Shown: positions 28,163-37,488, counted from the first letter of the stretch. The stretch: 42,444 nucleotides of DNA from Croceibacterium sp. (GCA_036519255.1 DATDLP010000013.1:1-42444); one strand, 5' to 3'. The notes: a model not told the origin generated them from the sequence alone. Program-made: numbers and translations.

Positions 28163-29338
28163 ATGACCAGATCCACGATACGCTCGCTGCTGGCCGCCGC
28201 GCTCGTCGCGCTCGCCAGTTCCGCCACCGCTCAGACAGTCACGGTCGACCCGGCCAACCGCTCGGTCACCAGCGACATGCAGGTCCTTCCGGTCCGCGTC
28301 GGCGGCCGGGCCGAGGCCCTGCCGCTCGCCGCACCGATGCCCGCCGGCGCCCGCGCCTTCGTGCACGAGTGGCCCGGAGTCTACTTCGAGACCGCCTTTC
28401 GCGGCGATCGGGTGATCCTCAAGTTCGACGATCCGGCCAACGAGTACCGCCTGCAGATCGACGACCTTCCGGCGATCGCGCTGGCGCAGCCCGGGACCGC
28501 CGAAGTCACGATCGCCGGCCTCGCCGACACGGTTCACGCCGTGCGGCTCGAAAAGGTCACCGAGAGCATCGATCTCCCCGCGACGTTCGCGGGCTTTTAC
28601 GCTCCCGCGTCCACGCGCCCGATCGCGCTCCCGCCGCCGCGCCCGCGGAAGATCGAGTTCATCGGCGATTCGATCATGGCCGGCTACGGCGTGCGTTCGA
28701 CGACCCGCCAGTGCACCAAGGAGGAGGTCCGCCTGCTGACCGACACGCAGGCGGCCTACGCCGCGCTCGTGGCCAAGCGGTTCGACGCGGACTACCAGAT
28801 CAACGCGATCTCGGGCCGCGGCCTCGTTCGCAACTACGCCGGCGAACTGCCCGAGAGTCCGCTGCCCGCGATCTACCCGCGCGCCCTGCCCTCGCGCCCG
28901 GGCGAATGGCACGGCGCCTCCTGGCAGCCGCAAGTCATCGTCGTCGGCCTGTTCACCAACGACTTCTCCACTCCGCTCAAGTCCGGGGAAAAATGGGCCA
29001 GCGACGAGCAACTGGTCACCGCATTCGCGGCCGCCTACGCCCCGTTCCTCGCCGAGCTGCATCGCCGCTCGCCCGATGCCGCGGTGCTGGTCATCCGGCC
29101 CGATATGTCGGGCCAGCCCGAATCGCAGTCCGCTGCCATGGTCGAAGCGGTCCAGCGCGAGATTACCGCGGCCGCGCATGGCGTCGGCTTGCGCACGATC
29201 CTGTTTCCCGTGCTGACCGACCTCGGCTTCGAGAAGAGCGCCTGCGACTATCACGGCAGCCTCGCCGATCACCGCAAGCTCGCCGACTGGATGGGCGCTT
29301 ACCTCGAAGCGCACCCCGAGCTGTGGCAGGGGAACTGA
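28163..29338 (+). CDS. Secreted SGNH/GDSL esterase, carbohydrate esterase family 2-like
   Basis: Signal peptide, EWPGVYFE N-terminal domain, IEFIGDSIMAGYG, SGRG, TND and CDYH. Confidence 0.85.
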   Translation: MTRSTIRSLLAAALVALASSATAQTVTVDPANRSVTSDMQVLPVRVGGRAEALPLAAPMPAGARAFVHEWPGVYFETAFRGDRVILKFDDPANEYRLQIDDLPAIALAQPGTAEVTIAGLADTVHAVRLEKVTESIDLPATFAGFYAPASTRPIALPPPRPRKIEFIGDSIMAGYGVRSTTRQCTKEEVRLLTDTQAAYAALVAKRFDADYQINAISGRGLVRNYAGELPESPLPAIYPRALPSRPGEWHGASWQPQVIVVGLFTNDFSTPLKSGEKWASDEQLVTAFAAAYAPFLAELHRRSPDAAVLVIRPDMSGQPESQSAAMVEAVQREITAAAHGVGLRTILFPVLTDLGFEKSACDYHGSLADHRKLADWMGAYLEAHPELWQGN

Positions 29339-29342
29339 CTCG

Positions 29343-30008
29343 TCAGCGCCCGGCCGCGATCGCCGCGTCGCTGACGAACGGATTGCTCGCCCGCTCGCGC
29401 CCGAAGGTGCTCACGCCCCCGTGTCCCGGCACGAAAGTCACGTCGTCACCGAGTGGCCAGAGCTTGCCGGTGATCGCGTCGAGCAGGTCTTGGTGGTTGC
29501 CCATCGGGAAGTCGGTGCGGCCGATCGAGCCCTCGAACAGCACGTCGCCGACGAACGCGAAGCGCATCGCACGGTTGAAGAACACCACGTGGCCGGGCGT
29601 GTGCCCCGGGCAGTGGATCACCTCGAGCTCGACCTCGCCGACCGTCACGGTATCGCCGTCCTCGAGCCAGCGGTCCGGCTCGAACACTTTGGTGGCGATG
29701 CCGAAGCGCGGCCCGTCATCCTCGAGCCGCGCGATCCAGAACCGGTCGGCCTCGTGCGGCCCCTCGATCGGCAGCGACAGCTCCCTGGCCAGCATCCCGG
29801 CCTGGCCGCAGTGATCGGCATGGCCATGCGTCAGCAGGATCTTCTCGAGCGTGACCCCGGCCTTGGCGACCCCCGCCTTGAGCTTGTCGAGATCGCCCCC
29901 CGGATCGACCAGCGCCCCGCGCATGGTCCTGGTGCACCACACCAGCGAGCAGTTCTGCTCGTAAGGCGTGACGGGGATGATCGCGGCGCGGAGGGGGCTT
30001 TCGGGCAT
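29343..30008 (-). CDS. MBL-fold metallo-hydrolase (YcbL/GloC, glyoxalase II-like)
   Basis: THGHADH, PGHTPGH, GDVLFEGSIGRTDF and PGHG. Confidence 0.92.
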   Translation of the reverse strand: MPESPLRAAIIPVTPYEQNCSLVWCTRTMRGALVDPGGDLDKLKAGVAKAGVTLEKILLTHGHADHCGQAGMLARELSLPIEGPHEADRFWIARLEDDGPRFGIATKVFEPDRWLEDGDTVTVGEVELEVIHCPGHTPGHVVFFNRAMRFAFVGDVLFEGSIGRTDFPMGNHQDLLDAITGKLWPLGDDVTFVPGHGGVSTFGRERASNPFVSDAAIAAGR

Positions 30009-30109
30009 CCGGGCTAGGTGGCGGGACTCGGCCCGCTGTGCAACCCGCGAGACTTCGGCCGCCGCCGCTGGTAGGATAAGCGCTCCGGTTCGGGGGTCGC
30101 TGGTCGCCT

Positions 30110-30781
30110 ATGAACTTCATGCAGCTGCTCCGCTCGCTCGACGAGCTGCTCTACGAAGTCATGGGCTGGCTCGTGTTCTTTCCGCTGACCCTGTGGCGCA
30201 CGCTGCGGCACCCGCTGCAGATGATGGAATACGCCAGCCGCGAGCTCGGCGACGCCGAAGAGCGGCAATACGACGATACGCTGAGCCCGCCGCTGTTCCT
30301 GCTGCTCGCGCTGCTCGTCGCGCACGGGCTCGAGCTGGCGTTCCTCGCCGGGGTCAATCCGATCATCGCCGACAAGCGCGGCCTTGCCGGGCTGGTCAAC
30401 GACGACACCGCGCTGCTGGTTCTCCGGCTGGCGCTGTTCTCGCTGATCCCGCTGGTGCTTGCAGTGAGCCTGCTGGTCGGCAAGCGGCAGGCGATCACGC
30501 GGCAGGCGCTGAAGGCGCCGTTCTACGGCCAGTGCTACACCGCCGCCCCTTTCGCCCTGCTGCTCGGGATCAGTTCGCTGCTCATGCAGGCCAAGGCGCC
30601 ATGGGCGATGCTCGCCGGGTTCGCGCTGCTGATCCTCGTGATCGGAGCCTACTTCGCGGTCCAGGTCGCCTGGTTCCGCAAGCACCTTCGCGCGGGGCCG
30701 CTGCGGACGCTGGCGCATTCGGCGAGCGGCTTCGTCGCCGGGCTGGCGCTGATGGTGGTGGTCGCGTTGCTGTTCAGCTGA
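30110..30781 (+). CDS. Hypothetical multi-pass membrane protein
   Basis: About six hydrophobic helices and strong GC3 bias; no family recognised. Confidence 0.75.
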   Translation: MNFMQLLRSLDELLYEVMGWLVFFPLTLWRTLRHPLQMMEYASRELGDAEERQYDDTLSPPLFLLLALLVAHGLELAFLAGVNPIIADKRGLAGLVNDDTALLVLRLALFSLIPLVLAVSLLVGKRQAITRQALKAPFYGQCYTAAPFALLLGISSLLMQAKAPWAMLAGFALLILVIGAYFAVQVAWFRKHLRAGPLRTLAHSASGFVAGLALMVVVALLFS

Positions 30782-30799
30782 TCCGCGGGCGCGCGCCTG

Positions 30800-31828
30800 T
30801 CACGGCGCCCTTCGCGCGGTCATCTCCTTCAACCACTCCTCGCGCGTCGGCATGATCGGGTTGTCGACCCGCCGCAGGATCTTCCACTCGCCGTCCTCGC
30901 GGATGAACTCGTCCTCGTAGAGCCCGGCGAGTTCGGGCACCGGCTCGCCGTTGGGCCCGCGCATCAGCAGCAGATGGCGCGAGCGCGCGGTCGCGCGGTC
31001 GCCCTGCACGTCGACCTGCGGGTTCGAAACGAGGTGATAGTCCTCGCGGTTGACGAACCCCTCGGCCGGCGTGCCGAAGATGCCGACCAGCATCTGGACG
31101 ATTTCCTCGCGCCCGCGCCGCACCGTGGTGCCGTTCTGCCAGGTGCCCTCGCGCGCGAACAGGTCGGCATAGCCTTCGAAGTCGCGCGCATCGATCCGCG
31201 CCGAGTACTCGACGAGGATCCGCTGGATCGCCAGCTGGTCCTCGACGTGCCGCAGGCGCTGGTCGCTCGACGGCGCCGCAGGCGCCGCAGCCGGCCCCCC
31301 GCCTGCGACCGGCGGCACGTTGGGGTCGCGGAACGGGATCTGCCCCCAGGTCGTGCGCCGGGCGATCCGCCACTGCCCGTTCACCCGCACGAACTCGTCG
31401 ACGTATCGCCCGGCGAGCAGCGGGTTCGGCCGATTCTCCGGCGAGGCGGTCCAGAACAGGTACTTCGATTCGACATGCGCCCGGTCGCCGTCGAGCGTGA
31501 TCAGCGGGTTGGTCAGCATGTGGAAGTTGGACTTGTTGACGAACCCCGCCTCGGGCGCCCCGAGGTTGGCGGTGAGCATCGCCTCGATCGCCGCCGGGCC
31601 GGTGAAGGTGCCGAAGCCGCCCTGCCACACGCCGTCGGGCGCGAACAGCGCGGCATACGAGCGGTAGTCCTTGGCATCGAGGAACGCGCCGTACTCGATC
31701 AGCATGCGCCGGATCGCGGACTCGTCCTCCATCCGCTGCACGCGCTGCTCGAGCGTCGGCTGCGCCTGCGCCCCAGCGACCGACGGTACAGCCAGCAGCG
31801 CCGCCGCGACGATCCACCGAACTGTCAT
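30800..31828 (-). CDS. Secreted protein with two SnoaL-like (NTF2) domains
   Basis: Signal peptide and duplicated units RVQRMEDESAIRRML...GRYVDEFVRVNGQWRI and RLRHVEDQLAIQRIL...GLYEDEFIREDGEWKI. RBS GGAGG. Confidence 0.85.
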   Translation of the reverse strand: MTVRWIVAAALLAVPSVAGAQAQPTLEQRVQRMEDESAIRRMLIEYGAFLDAKDYRSYAALFAPDGVWQGGFGTFTGPAAIEAMLTANLGAPEAGFVNKSNFHMLTNPLITLDGDRAHVESKYLFWTASPENRPNPLLAGRYVDEFVRVNGQWRIARRTTWGQIPFRDPNVPPVAGGGPAAAPAAPSSDQRLRHVEDQLAIQRILVEYSARIDARDFEGYADLFAREGTWQNGTTVRRGREEIVQMLVGIFGTPAEGFVNREDYHLVSNPQVDVQGDRATARSRHLLLMRGPNGEPVPELAGLYEDEFIREDGEWKILRRVDNPIMPTREEWLKEMTARRAP

Positions 31829-31977
31829 GGCCGTTCCTCCCCCTTTGGCTCCCCCCCGACCTTACCCATTCGCGCCGAGGAAAGTCGAGACGGGGCCGCG
31901 TCCTTGGTCGAAAGTGGCGGCCTGCCGCGCAGCATCCCGAAGTGGCTCGCGGCAATAAACTAGGCTAGGCTATATTC

Positions 31978-32526
31978 GTGCGAGACCATTTCCCAGGACA
32001 GTCGGTCGTGGACTTCGGGCGCGAAGCGGCCCTTTCGACCGACCGGCAGGCGCACGACGGCTTGCTGACGCTGGCCGAGGATTGCGAAGCGCAGGCGTCC
32101 GCGCCAGGCCTGCTGGCCGACGCGCTGTTCCGCGAAGCGGGCGTCGCGCCGTTTCGGCAGGGCTACGTTTTCCGGCCGGACGCGAATCCGAAAGCCGCCG
32201 GCCAGGGTTCGGCCGACTGGGGCCAATGGTCCTGTGACCTCGCCGATCACGACAGGCTGCGGTGGTCCGACAAGGTCTACGAGTTGTTCGGGCTGCCCGT
32301 CGGCGCGCACGTCGAGCGCGCCTGGGCCGTGGGCCGCTACAGTGTGCGCTCGCGCTCGACCTTGCAGCGCGTGCGCGAATACGCGCTGCGGCACGCGTTC
32401 GGGTTCATGCTCGATGCCGAGATCGAGCCGCACGGCGGGCGCTTCCGGTGGATCCGGATGCTCGCCGTCCCGGTGTTCGAGAACGGACGGATCACGCGAT
32501 TGCACGGCCTGAAGCGGGCGCTCTGA
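31978..32526 (+). CDS. Stand-alone PAS-fold-like protein (start uncertain)
   Basis: GQWSCDLADHDRLRWSDKVYELFGLP and RWIRMLAVPVFENGRITRLHGLK resemble PAS_3/PAC segments. Confidence 0.6.
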   Translation: MRDHFPGQSVVDFGREAALSTDRQAHDGLLTLAEDCEAQASAPGLLADALFREAGVAPFRQGYVFRPDANPKAAGQGSADWGQWSCDLADHDRLRWSDKVYELFGLPVGAHVERAWAVGRYSVRSRSTLQRVREYALRHAFGFMLDAEIEPHGGRFRWIRMLAVPVFENGRITRLHGLKRAL

Positions 32527-32568
32527 GGGCCGGGTTCCAACCTTTCGATCTATGCCGGTCATCGACGG

Positions 32569-33084
32569 CTACAATCCGCGGTCGGCAAGCAGCCATTCGC
32601 GTCCATTCCAGTTTGCCTGTCGGCCACCGATATCTTCGCAAGCGTAGCGCGCATCGTCGGTCTGGACCAAAGCGATAAGAAGCTTGGCCGCCAGCAAGTG
32701 GTCGCGCGCGCAGGATTCGATGATGTCGAGAATGGTGTGTGCACGCTCGCGGTCGGCGGCAACGAGGTGGTGAAAGCCCGTGAGCACAAGGGCGCAGCGA
32801 CCGGACGGTCCGAAGGGAAAGTATCCCAGACCGTCGTTCAACGCATTCAGATTGCCTGTCCAGCACTCATACCCAAACTGGTCTTGCCACTTGAGCGCAC
32901 GCGACATTTGAAGCTCAAAACTCGGCACCCGCGCACCGCACGAGACCTCCGCGATCTCGTAGCCAAGGCTGGCCAGCGCCTGCCGCGCCTCGGCAAGAAC
33001 AGCCGGTTTCCAGAACAGATTCACCGCACCGTTCTGAAGTAGGGGCCAATCGGCCCGCTGAAAGTCGGCTTCGCTCGTGAACAT
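32569..33084 (-). CDS. Barstar-family protein
   Basis: MSRALKW...TGNLNALNDGL...ALVLTGFHHL...ILDII pattern of barstar-like inhibitors. More A/T-ending codons than its neighbours. Confidence 0.65.
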   Translation of the reverse strand: MFTSEADFQRADWPLLQNGAVNLFWKPAVLAEARQALASLGYEIAEVSCGARVPSFELQMSRALKWQDQFGYECWTGNLNALNDGLGYFPFGPSGRCALVLTGFHHLVAADRERAHTILDIIESCARDHLLAAKLLIALVQTDDARYACEDIGGRQANWNGREWLLADRGL

Positions 33085-33137
33085 GTTCCAAGGCTAGCCT
33101 TTGTTGGGTCGCCTTGCCAACCGAGGCTCCACGAGAC

Positions 33138-33764
33138 CTACAGCCGCCCCCCCTTCCACACCACCCGGCCGACCACGTCGACGTCGCTCATCGGCACCTC
33201 GACCGGCTCGTAGGCCGCGTTCTTGCTGATCAGCCGCATTCCGCCCGGCGGAACCGCCTGCAGCAGCTTGACGTGCAGCGCCTCGCCGAGCCGGACGACG
33301 TGGACACCCTCGCGGAACGGGCGCGGGGTGCGGTCGACGAGGATCTCGTCGCCGTCGCGCAGCAGTGGGTCCATCGAATCGCCCATCACGCGGATCGATG
33401 ACAGCATCGCCGGCTCGAGCCCCTGCTCGCGCAGCCAGCGGCGCGAGAAGCGAAACGCGTCGAACGGAATCTCCGCGGCGCTGACCGTGCCCGGTCCGGC
33501 CGAAGCCTCGAGCGGGAGCCGCGGCACTTCCACCCAGTCACCGCGCGGATCGTAGGACAAATCCTCCGGCGCGCCGAGTTCGCCTTCGCCCACCCCGAAA
33601 AACTGCGCCAACTTTCGCCGGTCGTCCTCCTCGAGCTTGCGCGGGCTCCCCTTGGAAATGAACTGCTGCAGGTAAGTCGAGTTGCGCCCGAGCATGCGCG
33701 ACAGCGCGGCGAGGCTGCTGCCTCGCTCGCGCGCCAGCTCGGACAGACGTTCACGCGGGTCCAT
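33138..33764 (-). CDS. CI/LexA-like repressor: HTH plus S24 peptidase
   Basis: N-terminal HTH (SLAALSRMLGRNSTYLQQFISKG), Ala-Gly site ASAGPG, catalytic Ser GDSMDP, Lys in HVKLL and VVGRVVW. Confidence 0.88.
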   Translation of the reverse strand: MDPRERLSELARERGSSLAALSRMLGRNSTYLQQFISKGSPRKLEEDDRRKLAQFFGVGEGELGAPEDLSYDPRGDWVEVPRLPLEASAGPGTVSAAEIPFDAFRFSRRWLREQGLEPAMLSSIRVMGDSMDPLLRDGDEILVDRTPRPFREGVHVVRLGEALHVKLLQAVPPGGMRLISKNAAYEPVEVPMSDVDVVGRVVWKGGRL

Positions 33765-33769
33765 GGCGG

Positions 33770-33832
33770 ATTTCCTGCGGTTGCACGGTTAACCTTCCTA
33801 CACGATGTATTTTTCCTAGACAAGTAGGATTT
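33770..33832. promoter_or_regulatory. Putative operator array between the divergent repressor and Cro-like gene
   Basis: Repeated TTCCT(A/G) half-sites (about 33772, 33795, 33813) and the inverted repeat TCCTA-N6-TAGGA (33814-33829) in an AT-rich spacer. Confidence 0.5.
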
Positions 33833-33891
33833 CGTGGCAGACCACGGACTGGAGAGCGACTCGCCTTCCCGCCCAATCGGAGGATGCCCCG

Positions 33892-34077
33892 ATGCTGATC
33901 CGCAAGATCGAAGTCTTCCTGCGCCGGACCGACATGTCGGCCACGCGCTTCAGCCGCCTTGCCACGCGCGACCCGCGCTTCGTGGCCGACTTGCGCAACG
34001 GCCGCGAGCCGCGTCGCCGGCTAGAACAACGAGTGGAACATTTCATGAACACTTACGCCGAGGACTCCCATGCTTGA
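33892..34077 (+). CDS. Small Cro-like HTH protein (61 aa)
   Basis: GGAGG RBS; IEVFLRRTDMSATRFSRLATRDPRFVADLRNGREP is XRE/Cro-like; divergent from the S24 repressor. Confidence 0.75.
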   Translation: MLIRKIEVFLRRTDMSATRFSRLATRDPRFVADLRNGREPRRRLEQRVEHFMNTYAEDSHA

Positions 34078-34420
34078 CCTCCCGCTCCTCCGCATCCCGC
34101 TCCATCGCCGCGTCGCGCCCGCTGATCGCCTGCGCGAATCGCTGCTCGAGCTTGCCCAGCACAAGGCGACGATCCTCACGCACAGCGAGAAGTCCTGGGC
34201 CAGCCTGACCTTTTCCGGCGCGCGCCATCGCCTCGCGCTGCTGTTCGACGGCGCCGAAGCGATCGAGGCCGCCGAGCGGTTCATCGCGTTCCTGCCCGAG
34301 CACGAGTTCGACATCCTCGGACACCTCGTGGCCGATGCCACGGTGACCGAGGTCGACCACCGGCTCGACCCGCCGGCGATGACCGTGCGCTGCGAGCTGT
34401 TGCTGCTCGAGGAGCGCTGA
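34070..34420 (+). CDS. Conserved hypothetical protein
   Basis: GAGGA RBS; overlaps the upstream stop; WASLTFSGARH and LPEHEF...LVADA motifs look like a sphingomonad-conserved protein. Confidence 0.7.
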   Translation: MLDLPLLRIPLHRRVAPADRLRESLLELAQHKATILTHSEKSWASLTFSGARHRLALLFDGAEAIEAAERFIAFLPEHEFDILGHLVADATVTEVDHRLDPPAMTVRCELLLLEER

Positions 34421-34489
34421 AACTTGCCGGGGGACGTGGCGTGAACTTCATGAACTTCCGACGCGGACGCTCGCCGGCGGAGTTTCGCG

Positions 34490-35410
34490 TCAATACCCCC
34501 GCGCGAGATCGACTTGCGCTTCGAGCGGCTCGCCGGAGCGAAACCGCTCGCAGTTGCGCAGGAACCGCTCGGCGGCGCGCGCTTGGCTCGCGGCAGTGGG
34601 AATGCCCGAGAGGTGCATCGTGATGTGGGCGCTGTCGAGCGACCACAGCGGATGCCCGGGTGGCAGCGGCTCGGGGTCGGTCAGGTCGAGCACCGCGGCG
34701 GCGATGCGCCGCTCGGCCAGCGCCGCGACCAGCGCGTCTTGGTCGACGCAGTCGGCGCGGGCGAAGTTGACCAGCACCGCCTCGGGCTTCATCGCCGCCA
34801 GCTCGGCCGCGCCGATCGTGCCTTTCGTCTCGGGCGTTCCAGGCAAGGCGAGCACGATCCAGTCGAACCCGCCGAGCTGGTGGCGCCAGGCCCGCGGCCG
34901 GCTGCGGCTGACCGCGAACACTTCCACGCCGAGGCCTTCGAGCGCGCGGCCGATGGCCTGCCCGATCGCCCCGTATCCGAGCACCAGCGCGCGGCTCCCG
35001 GCGAGGTCGCGGATGCCGGGCGGCACGGCGAGCCACTCGCCGCGATCCTGCGCCCGCACCACGGCAGGGTAGTCCTTGGCCACGGCGAGCATGCCCAGCA
35101 GCGCGAACTCGGCGACCTGCTGCGTGGTCAGTCCGGTTCCGCAAGTCAGCGCCACGCGGCGTTGCGCCAGCGCGGCCAGCGGCAGCCAGTCGACCCCGGC
35201 GTACGAAGTGTTGAGCCAGCGCAGGCCCGCCGCCGCCTCGACCGCGGCCAGCACCGGCGGCTTCACGTGCAGGTCGAACCAGCCGATCTCGGCCTCGCCG
35301 GCCAGCTTGGCCAATTGCACCGGGTCCTGCCACCAGCGCGCCTCGATCCACGCCGGAAGCCGCGCCTCGAGCGCCGCGCGCACCGACGCCGGCAGGACAG
35401 CAACGGTCAA
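34490..35410 (-). CDS. D-2-hydroxyacid dehydrogenase family protein
   Basis: AGVD, VAEFA, LGYGAIG, LPGTPET, VNFARA, LDLTDPEPLP and HLSG. TTG overlaps the upstream stop. Confidence 0.88.
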   Translation of the reverse strand: MTVAVLPASVRAALEARLPAWIEARWWQDPVQLAKLAGEAEIGWFDLHVKPPVLAAVEAAAGLRWLNTSYAGVDWLPLAALAQRRVALTCGTGLTTQQVAEFALLGMLAVAKDYPAVVRAQDRGEWLAVPPGIRDLAGSRALVLGYGAIGQAIGRALEGLGVEVFAVSRSRPRAWRHQLGGFDWIVLALPGTPETKGTIGAAELAAMKPEAVLVNFARADCVDQDALVAALAERRIAAAVLDLTDPEPLPPGHPLWSLDSAHITMHLSGIPTAASQARAAERFLRNCERFRSGEPLEAQVDLARGY

Positions 35411-35961
35411 GCCGCCCCCGCCCCCTGTCGCGCGACGACCGCTTCGAGCGCCGCCTTCAGGCCGTCGGGAAAGGCCTCCGAGCGAATGTCGTCGATCAGC
35501 CAGGCGTTGCCCTCGCGCACCAGCGACAGCCGCGCGGCGCGCGTCTCGTTCCAGCCGATCGCGACGCCCACCGCCACTTCCGCCCGCGCGTCCGAAGGAG
35601 CCGGGTGCGGTTCGATGGTGACCTCGAAGCTTGCGGGATCCCAGTCCTGGCATTCGCACAGCCAGGCGAAATCCTGCAACTCGGCCACCTCCTCGTCGGA
35701 GAAGCCGCGCTTCCACCGCTCGATCGGCGCGCGCAGGCCGGCCGAGAAGATCGGCCGATCCCAGTCAGCGGTGGTGTCGGCCTGCTCGAACGGAACCCGG
35801 TATGGCTGGTAGAACGTCTGCACCGCCGCATCGACCTGCGCCGCCGACGCCGCGACGGCGGCCGCCGGCTGCGCCTCGGCCGCGGCTTCGGGTTCGGCCG
35901 GCGCCGAGCACGCCGCCAGCGCGAGCGAGCAAATCGCGGCGATCGCCGGTCGGCGCGTCAT
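35407..35961 (-). CDS. Lipoprotein, DUF3828/YbjP-like
   Basis: Lipobox LAAC, WLCECQDWD and LVREGNAWLIDDI. ATGA coupling to cysS. Confidence 0.7.
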   Translation of the reverse strand: MTRRPAIAAICSLALAACSAPAEPEAAAEAQPAAAVAASAAQVDAAVQTFYQPYRVPFEQADTTADWDRPIFSAGLRAPIERWKRGFSDEEVAELQDFAWLCECQDWDPASFEVTIEPHPAPSDARAEVAVGVAIGWNETRAARLSLVREGNAWLIDDIRSEAFPDGLKAALEAVVARQGAGAA

Positions 35962-37454
35962 GCGACCCGCCACTCCCAGCCAAGCGGATCGCCGTCCATC
36001 ACCTCGACGCCCATGGCAGCAAGCTCTTCGCGGATCGCGTCCGACGTGGCGAAATCCTTATCCGCCCGCGCCGCCTTGCGCCGCGCGAGCGCCCCGTCGA
36101 TCTCGGCCTGCGAGATCGCCGCGTCCTTCGGCGTCAGCCGCAGGTCGGCGCGCGCCAGCTCGAGCAAACCGAGGCCGAGCACTGCATCCATCGCCGCCAC
36201 CGCCGCGAGCACCTCGCCCGGGTCCATCTTGCGCAGCGCGAGCAGCTCCTCGAGCACCGTCAGGCCGACCGCGGTGTTGAGGTCGTCGGACACCGCCGCA
36301 TCGAACCGCGCCAGCAGCGGCAGGAACATGCCGCTCAGCTCGTCGTGCGCACGCAGCTGGGTCCAGCCCTCGACCTGAACCGCCTCGCCGTGCCGTGCCT
36401 TGAGCGCCTCGACCGCGATGACGATCCGCTTGAGCCGCACCAACGCCGCGCCGAGCCCTTCCCAGCTGAACTCGAGCTCGCTCCGGTAGTGCGCCTGGAG
36501 GCACATCATGCGGTAGCCGAGCGGGTGGTAGCCTTTGTCGATCAGCAGCTGCAGCCGCAGGAACTCGCCCGCCGATTTGCTCATCTTCCCAGAGCGTTCG
36601 ACCAGGAAGTTGTTGTGCATCCACACCTTGGCACCGCTGTTGGCGGGAACATTGAGACCATTGGTGCAGCAGAACGCCTGGTTCTGCGCGATCTCGTTCG
36701 GGTGGTGGATCTCGCGGTGGTCGATCCCGCCGGTGTGGATGTCGAACGGAAAGCCGAGCAGCTGACCGCTCATCACCGAGCATTCGAGATGCCATCCCGG
36801 CGCGCCGCGGCCCCACGGCGAATCCCACTCCATCTGCCGCGTCTCGCCCGCCGGGGTCTTGCGCCAGATCGCGAAGTCGGCCGTGTTGCGCTTGCCCTCG
36901 ACCGCTTCGATCCGGCCCCCCAAACTATTGGCACCCTCGTCGGTCACGGCGCGCGCGAGCCGGCCGTAGTCGGCCACGGTCGCAACGTCGAAGTACAGCC
37001 CGCCCTCGAGCTCGTAGCAGTGCTTGTCCGCAATCGTCTTCGCGAATTCAATCATTTGCGGGACGAACTTGGTGGCGATCGTCCACTCGGCCGGCTGGCG
37101 GATATTGAGCGCCTTCACGTCCGCCCAGTAGGCTTCGGTGTAGTGCTGCGCGATGTCCCAGATCGACTGCGCGCGCTCGGCAGCCATCTTCTCCATCTTG
37201 TCCTCGCCGGCGTCCGCATCGTCGGTCAGGTGGCCGACGTCGGTGATGTTGATAACGTGCGTGAGCCGGTGCCCCTTCCAGCTCAGCGTGCGCCCGAGGA
37301 TATCGGCGAACACGTAGGCGCGCATGTTGCCGATGTGTGGGTAATTGTAGACCGTCGGCCCGCAGGTATAGACCCGCGCCTCGCCCTCATGGACAGGGTG
37401 GAAGGTCTCGGTCTCGCGCGTCAGCGAGTTGAACAGGCGGAGCGGGGCGGTCAT
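35958..37454 (-). CDS. cysS: Cysteine--tRNA ligase
   Basis: CGPTVY, HIGN, NITDVGH, PGWHLECS, DIHTGGID and KMSKS. Confidence 0.96.
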   Translation of the reverse strand: MTAPLRLFNSLTRETETFHPVHEGEARVYTCGPTVYNYPHIGNMRAYVFADILGRTLSWKGHRLTHVINITDVGHLTDDADAGEDKMEKMAAERAQSIWDIAQHYTEAYWADVKALNIRQPAEWTIATKFVPQMIEFAKTIADKHCYELEGGLYFDVATVADYGRLARAVTDEGANSLGGRIEAVEGKRNTADFAIWRKTPAGETRQMEWDSPWGRGAPGWHLECSVMSGQLLGFPFDIHTGGIDHREIHHPNEIAQNQAFCCTNGLNVPANSGAKVWMHNNFLVERSGKMSKSAGEFLRLQLLIDKGYHPLGYRMMCLQAHYRSELEFSWEGLGAALVRLKRIVIAVEALKARHGEAVQVEGWTQLRAHDELSGMFLPLLARFDAAVSDDLNTAVGLTVLEELLALRKMDPGEVLAAVAAMDAVLGLGLLELARADLRLTPKDAAISQAEIDGALARRKAARADKDFATSDAIREELAAMGVEVMDGDPLGWEWRVA

Positions 37455-37460
37455 GGCGCG

Positions 37461-37488
37461 GGCTTACGCGGGCACGCGGGCCGGTCAA
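37461..37488 (-). promoter_or_regulatory. Putative sigma70 promoter of leaderless cysS
   Basis: TTGACC-N16-TAAGCC-N6-ATG on the minus strand; no SD sequence. Confidence 0.5.

Noticed and set aside
33138-34420. Intact prophage
   Set aside because: No integrase, terminase, capsid genes or att-like repeats in the window; kept only as an orphan switch.
34441-34459. TGAACTTCA-TGAACTTCC direct repeat as a LexA box
   Set aside because: Spacing is GAAC-N5-GAAC rather than N7, and it lies between convergent gene ends.
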